This document shows positions 39,872 through 48,897 of a DNA stretch of 64,000 nucleotides, piece by piece (positions within the stretch are counted from its first letter, which is position 1; the number at the start of each line of letters is the position of its first letter). A model generated the notes under the pieces. The model made no database searches. It had not been told where the DNA came from and worked only from the letters and a program-made list of their open reading frames with translations. Origin of the DNA: an uncultured Propionibacteriaceae bacterium. GTDB lineage: Bacteria; Actinomycetota; Actinomycetes; Propionibacteriales; Propionibacteriaceae. Both the position numbers and the translations under genes were made by a program. Location: contig CADCUO010000076.1 of assembly GCA_902805915.1 (NCBI GenBank), forward strand, positions 7,807 to 71,806, given 5' to 3'.

Positions 39872-40951
39872 ATGCCGCCCCGTGTCCGCGCCACGATCGC
39901 CCAGCTGCCCGTCTACCGTCCTGGGAAGCCTGCGCCGCTGGGGCCCGGGGGCGTCTCGTACAAGCTGTCCAGCAACGAGAACCCCTTCCCGCCCCTGTAC
40001 GGAGTGATGGAGGCGGCGGCGTCAGCGTGTGCGCAGATGAACCGCTATCCCGACATGGGCAACGTCGCACTGACCAACGCGGTGGCGGCGAAGTTTGCGG
40101 TACCGCCCGACCGGCTCGCCTTCGGCACCGGCTCCGTGGCCGTGCTGTACCACCTGCTGCAGGCGTTCTGTGAGAGTGGCGACGAGGTCGTCTATGCCTG
40201 GCGCAGCTTCGAGGCCTACCCGATCGCGGTCCAGCTCACCGGTGCGGCTGCGGTACCCGTACCGCTGGGGCCGGGTGCTGTGCACGACCTCGGCGCGATG
40301 CATGCCGCCATCACCCCAGCCACCAAGGCCGTTCTGATCTGTACGCCCAACAACCCGACCGGTCCTGCCGTTCGGCACGCCGAGCTGGTGGACTTCCTCG
40401 AGGCAGTACCCGACCACATTCTGGTGGTGGTCGACGAGGCGTACGTCGAGTTCGTCAACGATCCGAACGCCGCCCGCGGCGCGGAGCTGCTGGCGGGGCG
40501 GCCCAACGTGGTGGTGTTGCGTACCTTCTCCAAGGCGTACGGGCTGGCCGGGTTCCGGGTCGGCTTCTGTGTGGCCGACCCGGCGGTCGCTGCGGCGGTC
40601 CGTGCTGCGGCCCTGCCGTTCGGAGTTTCACTGCCCGCCCAGGCGGCGGCGCTCGCGTCGCTGGCCGCGGAGGATGCCCTGCTGGAACGGGTGCGCACCC
40701 TGATAGCTGAGCGGGACCGGCTGGGGGCCGAGCTGGTCCGGCTGGGGTTCGACGTACCGGCTGCGCAGGGGAACTTCGTCTGGCTGCCGGCCGGCGAGGC
40801 GACGCCAACCTATGCGGAGGCCTTCGCCAGCGCTGGCGTAATGGTGCGGCCCTACGTCGCCGGCGACGCCAGCGATGGGGTTCGGATCACCGTGGGGGAA
40901 GCAGCAGGCAGCGCCGTGGTCCTCGAGGTGGCCTCGACGCTGCCCCGCTGA
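39872..40951 (+). CDS. Class I/II PLP aminotransferase (HisC / aromatic aminotransferase Pat-like)
   Basis: KLSSNENP, NRYPD, PNNPTG, DEAY, RTFSKAYGLAG.R.G; lies outside a his operon. Confidence 0.9.
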   Translation: MPPRVRATIAQLPVYRPGKPAPLGPGGVSYKLSSNENPFPPLYGVMEAAASACAQMNRYPDMGNVALTNAVAAKFAVPPDRLAFGTGSVAVLYHLLQAFCESGDEVVYAWRSFEAYPIAVQLTGAAAVPVPLGPGAVHDLGAMHAAITPATKAVLICTPNNPTGPAVRHAELVDFLEAVPDHILVVVDEAYVEFVNDPNAARGAELLAGRPNVVVLRTFSKAYGLAGFRVGFCVADPAVAAAVRAAALPFGVSLPAQAAALASLAAEDALLERVRTLIAERDRLGAELVRLGFDVPAAQGNFVWLPAGEATPTYAEAFASAGVMVRPYVAGDASDGVRITVGEAAGSAVVLEVASTLPR

Positions 40952-41005
40952 AGGCGTCCCGACACCGGGTCGCACGTGCAAGCTCCGCGGAGGGTGGGAG
41001 GTCGA

Positions 41006-41094
41006 ACCCAGATTTGTCACACCAGTTGGACGGCTCCCCGCCGCTCGAGCGTGGGCTCTGGTGCTAGCGCGCAACTGGTGTGACATTCCTGGGT
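41006..41094. repeat. 89-bp intergenic inverted-repeat element (REP/MITE-like)
   Basis: Perfect 14-bp IR TGTCACACCAGTTG (41015-41028) / CAACTGGTGTGACA (41072-41085), extended by ACCCAG / CTGGGT. Confidence 0.7.
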
Positions 41095-41138
41095 GAAAGT
41101 CCTAGGCGCGGAGCACCGCCCGGCCAGCTGCCTGGAAC

Positions 41139-41160
41139 TGTCAGAACCTCAACCTAGATT
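41139..41160 (+). promoter_or_regulatory. RecA-NDp / PafBC-type DNA-damage promoter of radA
   Basis: TGTCAG-N10-TAGATT, 7 nt before ATG 41168; matches TGTCRG-N10-TAnnnT. Confidence 0.75.
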
Positions 41161-41167
41161 GCCGGGC

Positions 41168-42619
41168 ATGGCAAAGACTCCGACTCGACCCAGCCCACCC
41201 AAACCGTCCTATGCCTGCACCGAGTGCGGGTGGACCACAGTCCGCTGGGTCGGCAGGTGCGGTGAGTGCCAGACCTGGGGCAGTGTCGCCGAGGTCGGAG
41301 CGCCGAAGCTGGCTCAGGTCAGGTCGTCGGTCCCGACCAGCAAGGCGGTGCCGATCGGCCAGGTCAGCGCCGATGCGGCAAGCCGGACCCTGACCGGTGT
41401 GGGTGAGCTGGACCGAGTCCTCGGCGATGGTCTGGTTCCTGGAGCTGTGGTGCTGCTGGCCGGCGAGCCCGGCGTCGGGAAGTCGACGCTGTTGCTTGAG
41501 GTGGCGGCCCGCTGGGCGAAGAAAGGCCGCCCCACCTTGTACGTCACCGGCGAGGAGTCAGCAGCACAGGTACGGCTGCGTGCCGGCCGCACCAACGGGT
41601 TGGCCGACACGCTGTATCTCGCCGCGGAGACCGATCTGGGCACCGTGCTTGGGCACATCGAGGAGGTCGCCCCCTCGTTGATGGTGCTGGACTCGGTGCA
41701 GACCATCGGCACCGCGGAAGCCGACGGGTCGCCCGGCGGGGTCACCCAGGTGCGGGAGGTGACGGCCGCGCTGGTCCGGGTGGCGAAGCGCCGCGGCATG
41801 GCAGTGATCATCGTCGGGCATGTCACCAAGGACGGTGCCATTGCCGGTCCGCGCCTGCTGGAGCATCTAGTGGACGTGGTGCTCGCCTTCGACGGCGACC
41901 GGCATTCCGGTTTCCGGATGGTCCGGGCTACCAAGAACCGCTTCGGGCCCGCCGACGAAGTGGGCTGCTTCGAGATGGGCGAACACGGGATCGTGGAGGT
42001 GACAGATCCCTCAGGACTCTTCACCTCCCAGCACAGTGAACCGGTGCCGGGCACCTGCATCACGGTGAGCATGGAGGGTCGGCGCCCGCTGCTGGCGGAG
42101 CTGCAGGCGTTGGTCGCCCCGTCCGTCCTGCAGTCCCCGCGACGAACCATGCACGGGGTAGACCCCGGCCGCCTCGCTATGGTCCTGGCGGTGCTCGAGC
42201 GCCGGGCCAAGGTCCGGCTCTTCAACCGGGATGTGTACGTATCCACCGTGGGCGGGGCAAAGGTGAGCGATCCCTCGGCGGACCTGGCAGCTGCTATCGC
42301 CGTCGCCTCCGCCGCGCTCAACCGTCGCCTGACGCATCGCTTCGTGGCGATCGGAGAGGTCGGGTTGGCTGGTGAGCTCCGCCGCGTTCCCGGAACGGAT
42401 CGGCGGCTCGCCGAAGCAGCTCGCCTCGGTTTCACCGACGCCATCGTCCCGGCCGAGTCGAAGCAGGCAGCGGACCGGATGACCACTACGCGCAACGGAG
42501 TCCGCGTCCATAGTGCTTTCACCATGGTGCAGGCCCTCACCATTTTGGACCTGACCGGCCGTCCCGAGCAGCAAGCCGAGACCATCCCGTTCCCGGGCCC
42601 GGACCAACGGAAGGCATAA
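41168..42619 (+). CDS. radA: DNA repair protein RadA/Sms
   Basis: CTECG...CGEC zinc finger, GEPGVGKST, KNRFG; start trimmed to MAKTPT. Confidence 0.97.
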   Translation: MAKTPTRPSPPKPSYACTECGWTTVRWVGRCGECQTWGSVAEVGAPKLAQVRSSVPTSKAVPIGQVSADAASRTLTGVGELDRVLGDGLVPGAVVLLAGEPGVGKSTLLLEVAARWAKKGRPTLYVTGEESAAQVRLRAGRTNGLADTLYLAAETDLGTVLGHIEEVAPSLMVLDSVQTIGTAEADGSPGGVTQVREVTAALVRVAKRRGMAVIIVGHVTKDGAIAGPRLLEHLVDVVLAFDGDRHSGFRMVRATKNRFGPADEVGCFEMGEHGIVEVTDPSGLFTSQHSEPVPGTCITVSMEGRRPLLAELQALVAPSVLQSPRRTMHGVDPGRLAMVLAVLERRAKVRLFNRDVYVSTVGGAKVSDPSADLAAAIAVASAALNRRLTHRFVAIGEVGLAGELRRVPGTDRRLAEAARLGFTDAIVPAESKQAADRMTTTRNGVRVHSAFTMVQALTILDLTGRPEQQAETIPFPGPDQRKA

Positions 42620-42744
42620 GTCGCGACCTTCGAGCACCAGACCAGCGACCTTGTGGCATCGGGTCGGCCGGTGCATAACCTTTACGATGACTAGTATTCG
42701 CGGCCCGTGACAACCGGGCTGACACCTGATGGACGGGGAAAATC

Positions 42745-43815
42745 GTGGCGCTGGACTCGAGCCCGCGCGATCAGCTCATCGACTACCTACGGCTGCTGGC
42801 GCCGGGAACGCCGCTACGCGAAGGCCTGGAGCGGATCCTGCGGGGTCGCACCGGTGCCCTAGTTGTGCTGGGAAACACCCGGGAGGTGCAGCAGCTCTCG
42901 ACCGGCGGTTTCGTGCTGAACGTTCCCTACACCCCGACCGCACTGCGAGAGCTGGCCAAGATGGACGGGGCAATCATCATCAGCTCCGATGCCAGCCAGA
43001 TCGTCGGCGCCGGGGTCCACCTGATGCCCGACCCCAGCATCGAGACCGTGGAAACAGGCACCCGGCACCGTACCGCTGACCGGGTGTCCCGCCAGACCGG
43101 TGTGCCGGTGGTGTCAGTGTCGTCGTCGATGTCGACCATCTATCTCTACCTCAACGAGCATCGTCACCTGGTCGAGCACTCCGACCACATCCTGTCCAGG
43201 GCGAACCAGGCGCTGCAGACCCTGGAGCGTTACAAGGCCCGGCTGCTGGAGGTGACCAACCGGCTCTCCGCGCTGGAGGTCTCCGACCAGGTCACGGTCA
43301 AGGACTTCGCCCTGGTGGCGCAACGGATCGAGATGGTCCGCCGACTCCAGCTCGAGCTGTCCGGGTACGTGGTCGAGCTCGGCAGCGACGGGCGGCTGCT
43401 CACCCTGCAGCTGCACGAGTTGAGCGCCGGAATGGACGAGCTACGCGACCTGCTGGAGCAGGACTACCGGCCCAGCGATCCCGCGGCCACCTTCAGCCTG
43501 CAGGCGCTCGAGAACCTGAGCACCACTGAGCTGCTGGAACCCCTTGCCGTGGCCCGCGCCGTGGGCTTCAGCTCGACCGAGCACCTGGACACCCGCATCT
43601 CCACCCGCGGATACCGTCAGATGGCGCAGATCAACCGGCTGCCGAATGTCTTCGGGGCCCGCTTGATCGAACACTTCGGAAGTCTCCAGGGACTCTTCGC
43701 CGCCAGCAGCGCCGAGCTCCAGGAAGTCGACGGCGTCGGCGAGAGCAGAGCACGGATCATCCGGGACGGCCTGGTGCGGCTAGCCGAGTCCGCCTACACC
43801 GAGCGGATGACCTAG
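42745..43815 (+). CDS. disA: DNA integrity scanning diadenylate cyclase
   Basis: APGTPLREGLERI, KMDGA, GTRHRTA, C-terminal HhH. Confidence 0.96.
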   Translation: MALDSSPRDQLIDYLRLLAPGTPLREGLERILRGRTGALVVLGNTREVQQLSTGGFVLNVPYTPTALRELAKMDGAIIISSDASQIVGAGVHLMPDPSIETVETGTRHRTADRVSRQTGVPVVSVSSSMSTIYLYLNEHRHLVEHSDHILSRANQALQTLERYKARLLEVTNRLSALEVSDQVTVKDFALVAQRIEMVRRLQLELSGYVVELGSDGRLLTLQLHELSAGMDELRDLLEQDYRPSDPAATFSLQALENLSTTELLEPLAVARAVGFSSTEHLDTRISTRGYRQMAQINRLPNVFGARLIEHFGSLQGLFAASSAELQEVDGVGESRARIIRDGLVRLAESAYTERMT

Positions 43816-43845
43816 ACGTCTCCACCGGCCCGCTGGGGGGCTGTG

Positions 43846-44556
43846 CTACCCGGCGATGACCATGCGAAACTGGACTGGCTGCGCGCCGTCCAACTGGGCG
43901 GTGGCGATATACGTACCCGCGCCGGGCACACCGGGACCGTTCTTGCAGGCGTTGGCTGACCGGCGGCCGTTCCACCTCACCTGCCACTCGACGGCGGCCT
44001 CGCTGCGTACCGTCTCCTTGATCGGTTTCAGCAGTGTCGGGCAGTGCCTGGTGGTCCAGATCCGGTCAATGCCGGAGTAGATCCTCAGTTCGAAGTTGTC
44101 GGGTTTGACCTGGATGATGCAGCGGTCGGGACCACCATTGATCAACGACAGCGTGAAGGTGTTCGGGTCCTTGGGCTTCAGCGCCTGGTCGCCCCGCAGA
44201 GTTGTCCGCAGCGCCGACCCTTCGCACGCCTTCATTGCCGCTGGCGTCGGATCAGCGGTAGGACTGGGCGCGGCGCTGGCGGTAGCCGACGCAGCTGGCG
44301 AGACAGGTGTGGTGGACTCCGCCGGAGCGAGCAGTGTCGCGGTCGGTGTCGGAGAGGGTGAAGCGCTAGGGGTCAAAGTCGCCGTCGGCGCCGGCGCGTC
44401 GGTCTCCGGTACGGCCTGCTGTCGGCCACCGCGAGCCGCCCCGGTGAGCGCGATCACCGCGGTCAAGGCGAGCACCATGGCAGCCAACACGACTGCCCGC
44501 CGGAACCAGTACGTGCGGGCCGGTTCGGGTCCCACCGGGTGCAGCACGCCGCTCAT
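43846..44556 (-). CDS. Conserved membrane-anchored hypothetical protein (Rv3587c-like)
   Basis: HPVGP.P...YW.RR, TM helix, Pro/Thr linker, Cys-containing domain; usual neighbour of disA. Confidence 0.75.
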   Translation of the reverse strand: MSGVLHPVGPEPARTYWFRRAVVLAAMVLALTAVIALTGAARGGRQQAVPETDAPAPTATLTPSASPSPTPTATLLAPAESTTPVSPAASATASAAPSPTADPTPAAMKACEGSALRTTLRGDQALKPKDPNTFTLSLINGGPDRCIIQVKPDNFELRIYSGIDRIWTTRHCPTLLKPIKETVRSEAAVEWQVRWNGRRSANACKNGPGVPGAGTYIATAQLDGAQPVQFRMVIAG

Positions 44557-44615
44557 GGGCCGAGCCTAGGCAGCCGCCATCCCCGGGCGGGTCCGCCACG
44601 CCGCAGCAACGTGAC

Positions 44616-44724
44616 CGTTCAGGTCCGGCCACGTTCAGGTCCGGCCACGTTCAGGTCCGGCCACGTTCAGCTCCGGCTACGTTCAGGTACGGCTAGGTTC
44701 AGGTACGGCTACGTTCAGGTACGG
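44616..44724. repeat. 16-bp tandem array, about 6.8 copies, upstream of mutY
   Basis: CGTTCAGGTCCGGCCA x3, CGTTCAGCTCCGGCTA, CGTTCAGGTACGGCTA, GGTTCAGGTACGGCTA, CGTTCAGGTACGG. Confidence 0.95.
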
Positions 44725-44731
44725 TGACGCC

Positions 44732-45607
44732 ATGAACAGCGCAGCCGTGGTGTCCGCGGTGCTGCGCTGGTACGAGTCAAGCGCCCGCGACCTCCCCTGG
44801 CGACGCCCAGAGGCGACGCCGTGGCAGGTGATGGTGAGCGAGTTCATGCTGCAACAGACCCCGGTCGCCAGGGTGCTGCCGCCATGGCTCACCTGGACGG
44901 CGCGCTGGCCGACCCCATCGGCGTTGGCCGCGGCTCCGGCCGGGGAGGCGGTACGGGCCTGGGGCCGGCTCGGTTATCCCCGCCGGGCGCTCCGACTGCA
45001 TGCTGCCGCAACCGTGATCGCGGACGAGCATGACGATCTCGTTCCCCGGAACCGTGACCAGCTGCTGGCCCTACCGGGCGTCGGCGACTACACCGCCGCG
45101 GCCATCCTGAGCTTCGCCTACGCACAACGTCACGTTGTCCTCGACACCAATGTTCGCCGGGTGCTGGCCCGAGTCGCTACCGGCGCCGCGTTTCCCTCCG
45201 CCACCCCAACCAGGGCTGAGATGGTCCTGGCCGGGGAGTTCCTGCCGCGAAACCCAGCGCGAGCCGCCCGCTGGGCGGTGGCGTCGATGGAGCTTGGCGC
45301 CTTGATCTGCACGGCCAAGAACCCCCGCTGTACCGACTGCCCGATCCGCGGGCACTGTGCCTGGACCCGGGCGGGACGCCCCGCCTGGTCTGGTCCGGCG
45401 CGCCGCGGGCAGAGCTACCAGGGCACCGACCGACAGTGTCGGGGCGCGCTGCTGGCGGTGCTGCGCTCCAGCGACACCCCAGTGACGCTGGACGAGCTGG
45501 CTGGCACCTGGACCGATGCACGCAAGTACGACCGCGCGATCGCGTCCCTGCTGGCGGACGGTCTTGTGGTCCCGGTGTCCCCCAACACCGTCGCCCTCCC
45601 GTCCTGA
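44732..45607 (+). CDS. mutY: A/G-specific adenine glycosylase
   Basis: RDLPWR, SEFMLQQT, LGYPRRA, LPGVGDYTA, CTAKNPRCTDCP...C Fe-S motif. Confidence 0.96.
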   Translation: MNSAAVVSAVLRWYESSARDLPWRRPEATPWQVMVSEFMLQQTPVARVLPPWLTWTARWPTPSALAAAPAGEAVRAWGRLGYPRRALRLHAAATVIADEHDDLVPRNRDQLLALPGVGDYTAAAILSFAYAQRHVVLDTNVRRVLARVATGAAFPSATPTRAEMVLAGEFLPRNPARAARWAVASMELGALICTAKNPRCTDCPIRGHCAWTRAGRPAWSGPARRGQSYQGTDRQCRGALLAVLRSSDTPVTLDELAGTWTDARKYDRAIASLLADGLVVPVSPNTVALPS

Positions 45608-45629
45608 CCACCTGCTACGGTCTGCTTCG

Positions 45630-46031
45630 ATGCCTATCGAGTTGGGATCGTTCGGACTTCCCGCGGGTTCGGAGCAGATTCGTACCCACATCGCCGGCTT
45701 GATCAGCGACGGCACCCTCGCCCCCGGCGCAAAGCTGTGGACCGTCCGGCAGCTGGCCGCCGACCTGGGAGTTGCCGCGAACACAGTGGCCAAGGCGTAC
45801 CGGCAGTTGGAGTCGGACCGGATGATCACCACCGACGGACGTCGCGGCAGTTTTGTGTCCAGCCCCGTTCTAGACGGTGACACCGCGGCCGCCGACCTGC
45901 GCGGCGCGGCGGACCGGTACGCCACGGCGGCACGGCGACACGGTCTGTCGTTGCCCGAGGCACTCCGGCTGGTCGAGCTGGCCTGGACCCCTGATCGAGC
46001 TGACCCCGAGCCCCCCACACCCAGGAGATAA
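45630..46031 (+). CDS. GntR-family (YtrA-like) regulator
   Basis: TVRQLAADLGVAANTVAKAYRQLE, GRRGSFV. Confidence 0.9.
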   Translation: MPIELGSFGLPAGSEQIRTHIAGLISDGTLAPGAKLWTVRQLAADLGVAANTVAKAYRQLESDRMITTDGRRGSFVSSPVLDGDTAAADLRGAADRYATAARRHGLSLPEALRLVELAWTPDRADPEPPTPRR

Positions 46032-46033
46032 AC

Positions 46034-46873
46034 ATGACTGCCGGTCCCGCCCCGACTGTTCCGCTGCTGCACGGAGCCGAGATGCCCGTACTCGGGCTCG
46101 GCACCTGGCCGCTGCGGGGCGCTGACGCTGCAGCTGCGGTGCGGACGGCCATCGAGGCTGGCTACCGGCTGGTCGACACGGCGGAGAACTACCAGAATGA
46201 GGACGGCGTCGGCCAGGGCATCCGTGACGCCGGGATCGACCGGTCGGAGATGTTCATCACGACCAAGTTCAACAAGAGGTGGCACAGCGTCGACGGAGCC
46301 CGGACCGCGTTCCAGGCCAGCTGCCAGCGGCTAGGTGTCGACTACCTCGACCTGCTGCTGATCCACTGGCCGAACCCCGACCAGGGCCGGTACGTGGAGG
46401 CGGTCAAGGGGTTGGACGCCCTGCTCAACGACGGCTCCCTCCGCGCCATCGGCACCTCCAACTTCAAACCAGCTCACCTGCGCCGGGTGATCGAGGAGAC
46501 CGGCATCGTTGTGGACGTGAACCAGATCCAGCTCAGCCCGTACACCACCCGCAAGGAGTCGCGGGCATTCGCCGCCGAGCACGGCATCCTGACCGAGTCC
46601 TGGAGCCCGATCGGCGGCGCCAGCGACCAGCTCCGTTCCGACCCGGTGATCACCACCATTGCGCAGCGGCACAACAAGACACCCTCCCAGGTGGTGTTGC
46701 GGTGGCACATCCAGCTCGGCCTGGTCACCATCCCGAAGTCGGCCGATCCGGGACGGATCGTCGAGAACATCGACATCTTCGACTTCGAGCTCGACACCGA
46801 CGAGATGGCGGCCATCACCGGACTTGACCGGGGCGAGGCTGAAGCCGCCGACTCAGACGCCTTCGGGCACTGA
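46034..46873 (+). CDS. Aldo/keto reductase
   Basis: GLGTW, DTAENY, LLIHWP, GTSNF, IPKS. Confidence 0.94.
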   Translation: MTAGPAPTVPLLHGAEMPVLGLGTWPLRGADAAAAVRTAIEAGYRLVDTAENYQNEDGVGQGIRDAGIDRSEMFITTKFNKRWHSVDGARTAFQASCQRLGVDYLDLLLIHWPNPDQGRYVEAVKGLDALLNDGSLRAIGTSNFKPAHLRRVIEETGIVVDVNQIQLSPYTTRKESRAFAAEHGILTESWSPIGGASDQLRSDPVITTIAQRHNKTPSQVVLRWHIQLGLVTIPKSADPGRIVENIDIFDFELDTDEMAAITGLDRGEAEAADSDAFGH

Positions 46874-46916
46874 CCGCAAAACAGTAGACAGACCGAAGCA
46901 GCCCCGAGGAGGGCAT

Positions 46917-47861
46917 GTGCCTGAGGCGAGCGCGCCACTGTTCCGCGACCCGATCTTCGACGGGGCAGCCGATCCCACCGTGATCTACAACCCCCTCGAG
47001 CGCGCCTGGTGGATGGTCTACACGAACCGTCGAACCACCATCACGCAGGAGGATGGGCTTTCCTGGCTGTTCGGGAGCGACCTCGGTGTGGCGTCCTCGA
47101 CCGACGGCGGCGCCAGCTGGCACTACCGCGGCATCTGCGAGGGCCTCGCCTTCGAGTGGGGCCGGGGCACCTACTGGGCGCCCGAGATCTTCACCTACGA
47201 CGGTGTCTTCCACATGTACGTCAGCTATATCCGTGGCATCCCGAGTCCCGGAGCCGGGCTGCCGATGCACATTCATCACTACACCAGCCCCGATCTGATC
47301 GGCTGGACCCATCACGGGCCGTTGCCGCTGAGCTCCGACCGCGTCATCGACGGGTGCGTGATCCAGCGGCCGGACGGCGGGTTCCGGATGTGGTACAAGG
47401 ACGAGACCACGGGCTCATCCACTTGGGCTGCCGACAGCGAGGACCTGTTCGAGTGGAAGGTCATCGGGGAGGTGCTGCGCACCCCGACCGGTCACGAGGG
47501 GCCTAATGTCTTCGCTTTCGCCGACCGGTACTGGCTGCTAGTGGACAGCTGGAGCGGCCAGCTGGTGTACCGCTCGACCAACCTGACCTCCTGGGAGCCG
47601 GCCGGCAGCATTCTGGCTGGTCAGCACGGGGAGGGCTTCTCCCGCACCGACGACGTCGGTCCGGGTCTGCACGCCGACGTGGTTGTGGACGCCGGCCGGG
47701 CCTGGGTGTTCTACTTCACCCATCCTGACCGGCCCGGTCCAGAGCATCCGACCATCCGCAGTCGGCGCTCCTCGATCCAGGTGGCCGAGCTCACCCCGTC
47801 GAACGGCCGGCTCTTCTGTGACCGGGACCAGGTGCCGGTGCCGACGCTGACCATGGACTGA
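46917..47861 (+). CDS. Five-bladed propeller glycoside hydrolase (GH43-like)
   Basis: DGAADPT, YWAPE, RVIDGC, HEGP; SD GAGGAGG before GTG 46917. Confidence 0.82.
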   Translation: MPEASAPLFRDPIFDGAADPTVIYNPLERAWWMVYTNRRTTITQEDGLSWLFGSDLGVASSTDGGASWHYRGICEGLAFEWGRGTYWAPEIFTYDGVFHMYVSYIRGIPSPGAGLPMHIHHYTSPDLIGWTHHGPLPLSSDRVIDGCVIQRPDGGFRMWYKDETTGSSTWAADSEDLFEWKVIGEVLRTPTGHEGPNVFAFADRYWLLVDSWSGQLVYRSTNLTSWEPAGSILAGQHGEGFSRTDDVGPGLHADVVVDAGRAWVFYFTHPDRPGPEHPTIRSRRSSIQVAELTPSNGRLFCDRDQVPVPTLTMD

Positions 47862-47897
47862 ACCGATCCGCGGGATACCGACCCATGGAGGGAGCGC

Positions 47898-48806
47898 TCA
47901 GGGGATCGGCTCCGCCCGTGGCCGGGAGGTCCTGGCGGCACCGACGCTCGCGGCCACCACGCACACCAGCGCCAGCCACTGGCTCCAGCTGAGGAACTCG
48001 CGGAGCAGGATCATCGCGGCCAGCGCTGCCGCGGCCGGCTCCAAACTCATCAAGATGCCGAACACTCGCGGCGGGATGTGCCGCAGTGCCGTCAGCTCCA
48101 GGCTGTACGGGATGACCGAGGACAGCAGCCCGACCGCCACGCCCAGCAGCAGCACCTTCGGCTGCAACAAGGTGGCGCCGGCTTCCAGCACAGCCGGGGG
48201 TGCCAGCGCCAGCGCCCCGACCAGGCTGGCGATGGCCAGGCCCGAGATGCCGGACCAGCGTCGGCCCGTCTGAGCACTGAGGAGGATGTAGGCGGCCCAG
48301 CCAGCACCGGCCAGCAGTGCGAACGCAACGCCTGCCAGCGTCAGATTGCTGCGGGTGAAGCCAAGCAGCAGCACCCCAACGGCGGCGAGGATGACCCAGA
48401 CCAGGTCACGGGCGCGGCGGGACCCAGCCACGGCGACCGCAAGCGGACCGAGGAACTCGATGGTGACAGCCACGCCCAGCGGGATCCGGGCGAACGACTG
48501 GTAGATCGCCCAGTTCATCACCATCAATGCGACGCCGAAGGCCAAGGCGATCAGCCAGTCGTCGCGGGTACGGCCACGCAGCCGTGGCCGGACGACCACC
48601 AGGAAGATCACCGCTGAGGTGGCCAGCCGCATCCACACCATTGCGGTCGGCGGGACCAGCGGAAACAGGTCCTTGGCGATGGCTGCGCCGAACTGCACCG
48701 ACAAGATGCCAGCGATCACCAGCCAGACCGCCGGGATCCGGTCCACCACGGTCCGAGGGCGGCCTGTCTGGAGCACCCGCACACTCTGCCAGATGATGCC
48801 GGACAC
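47898..48806 (-). CDS. EamA/DMT transporter (RhtA-like; start uncertain)
   Basis: SVQFGAAIAK, IPLGVAVTIEFLGPL, IPYSLE, LMSLEP. Confidence 0.9.
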   Translation of the reverse strand: MSGIIWQSVRVLQTGRPRTVVDRIPAVWLVIAGILSVQFGAAIAKDLFPLVPPTAMVWMRLATSAVIFLVVVRPRLRGRTRDDWLIALAFGVALMVMNWAIYQSFARIPLGVAVTIEFLGPLAVAVAGSRRARDLVWVILAAVGVLLLGFTRSNLTLAGVAFALLAGAGWAAYILLSAQTGRRWSGISGLAIASLVGALALAPPAVLEAGATLLQPKVLLLGVAVGLLSSVIPYSLELTALRHIPPRVFGILMSLEPAAAALAAMILLREFLSWSQWLALVCVVAASVGAARTSRPRAEPIP

Positions 48807-48865
48807 GGCAGCGGCCCCTCGCCGGCCGGGACGCCGTACGGCTTACCCGGATGCGAGAGGCCGCT

Positions 48866-48893
48866 GCCTCACCCCCGCCCCGAAAGGCGAGGC
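48866..48893 (-). terminator. Hairpin just after the clpC stop codon
   Basis: Minus strand GCCTCGCC-loop-GGTGAGGC (one G:U pair). Confidence 0.5.
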
Positions 48894-48897
48894 TCAA

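Noticed and set aside
41001-41016. LexA SOS box upstream of radA (TCGAACCCAGATTTG)
   Set aside because: The right half does not match GTTCG; the PafBC-type motif at 41139 fits better.
44616-44724. Possible CRISPR array, iteron set or PHO-box array (the units contain GTTCA)
   Set aside because: Units are contiguous with no spacers, there is no cas or rep gene, and the period is 16 rather than 11 nt.
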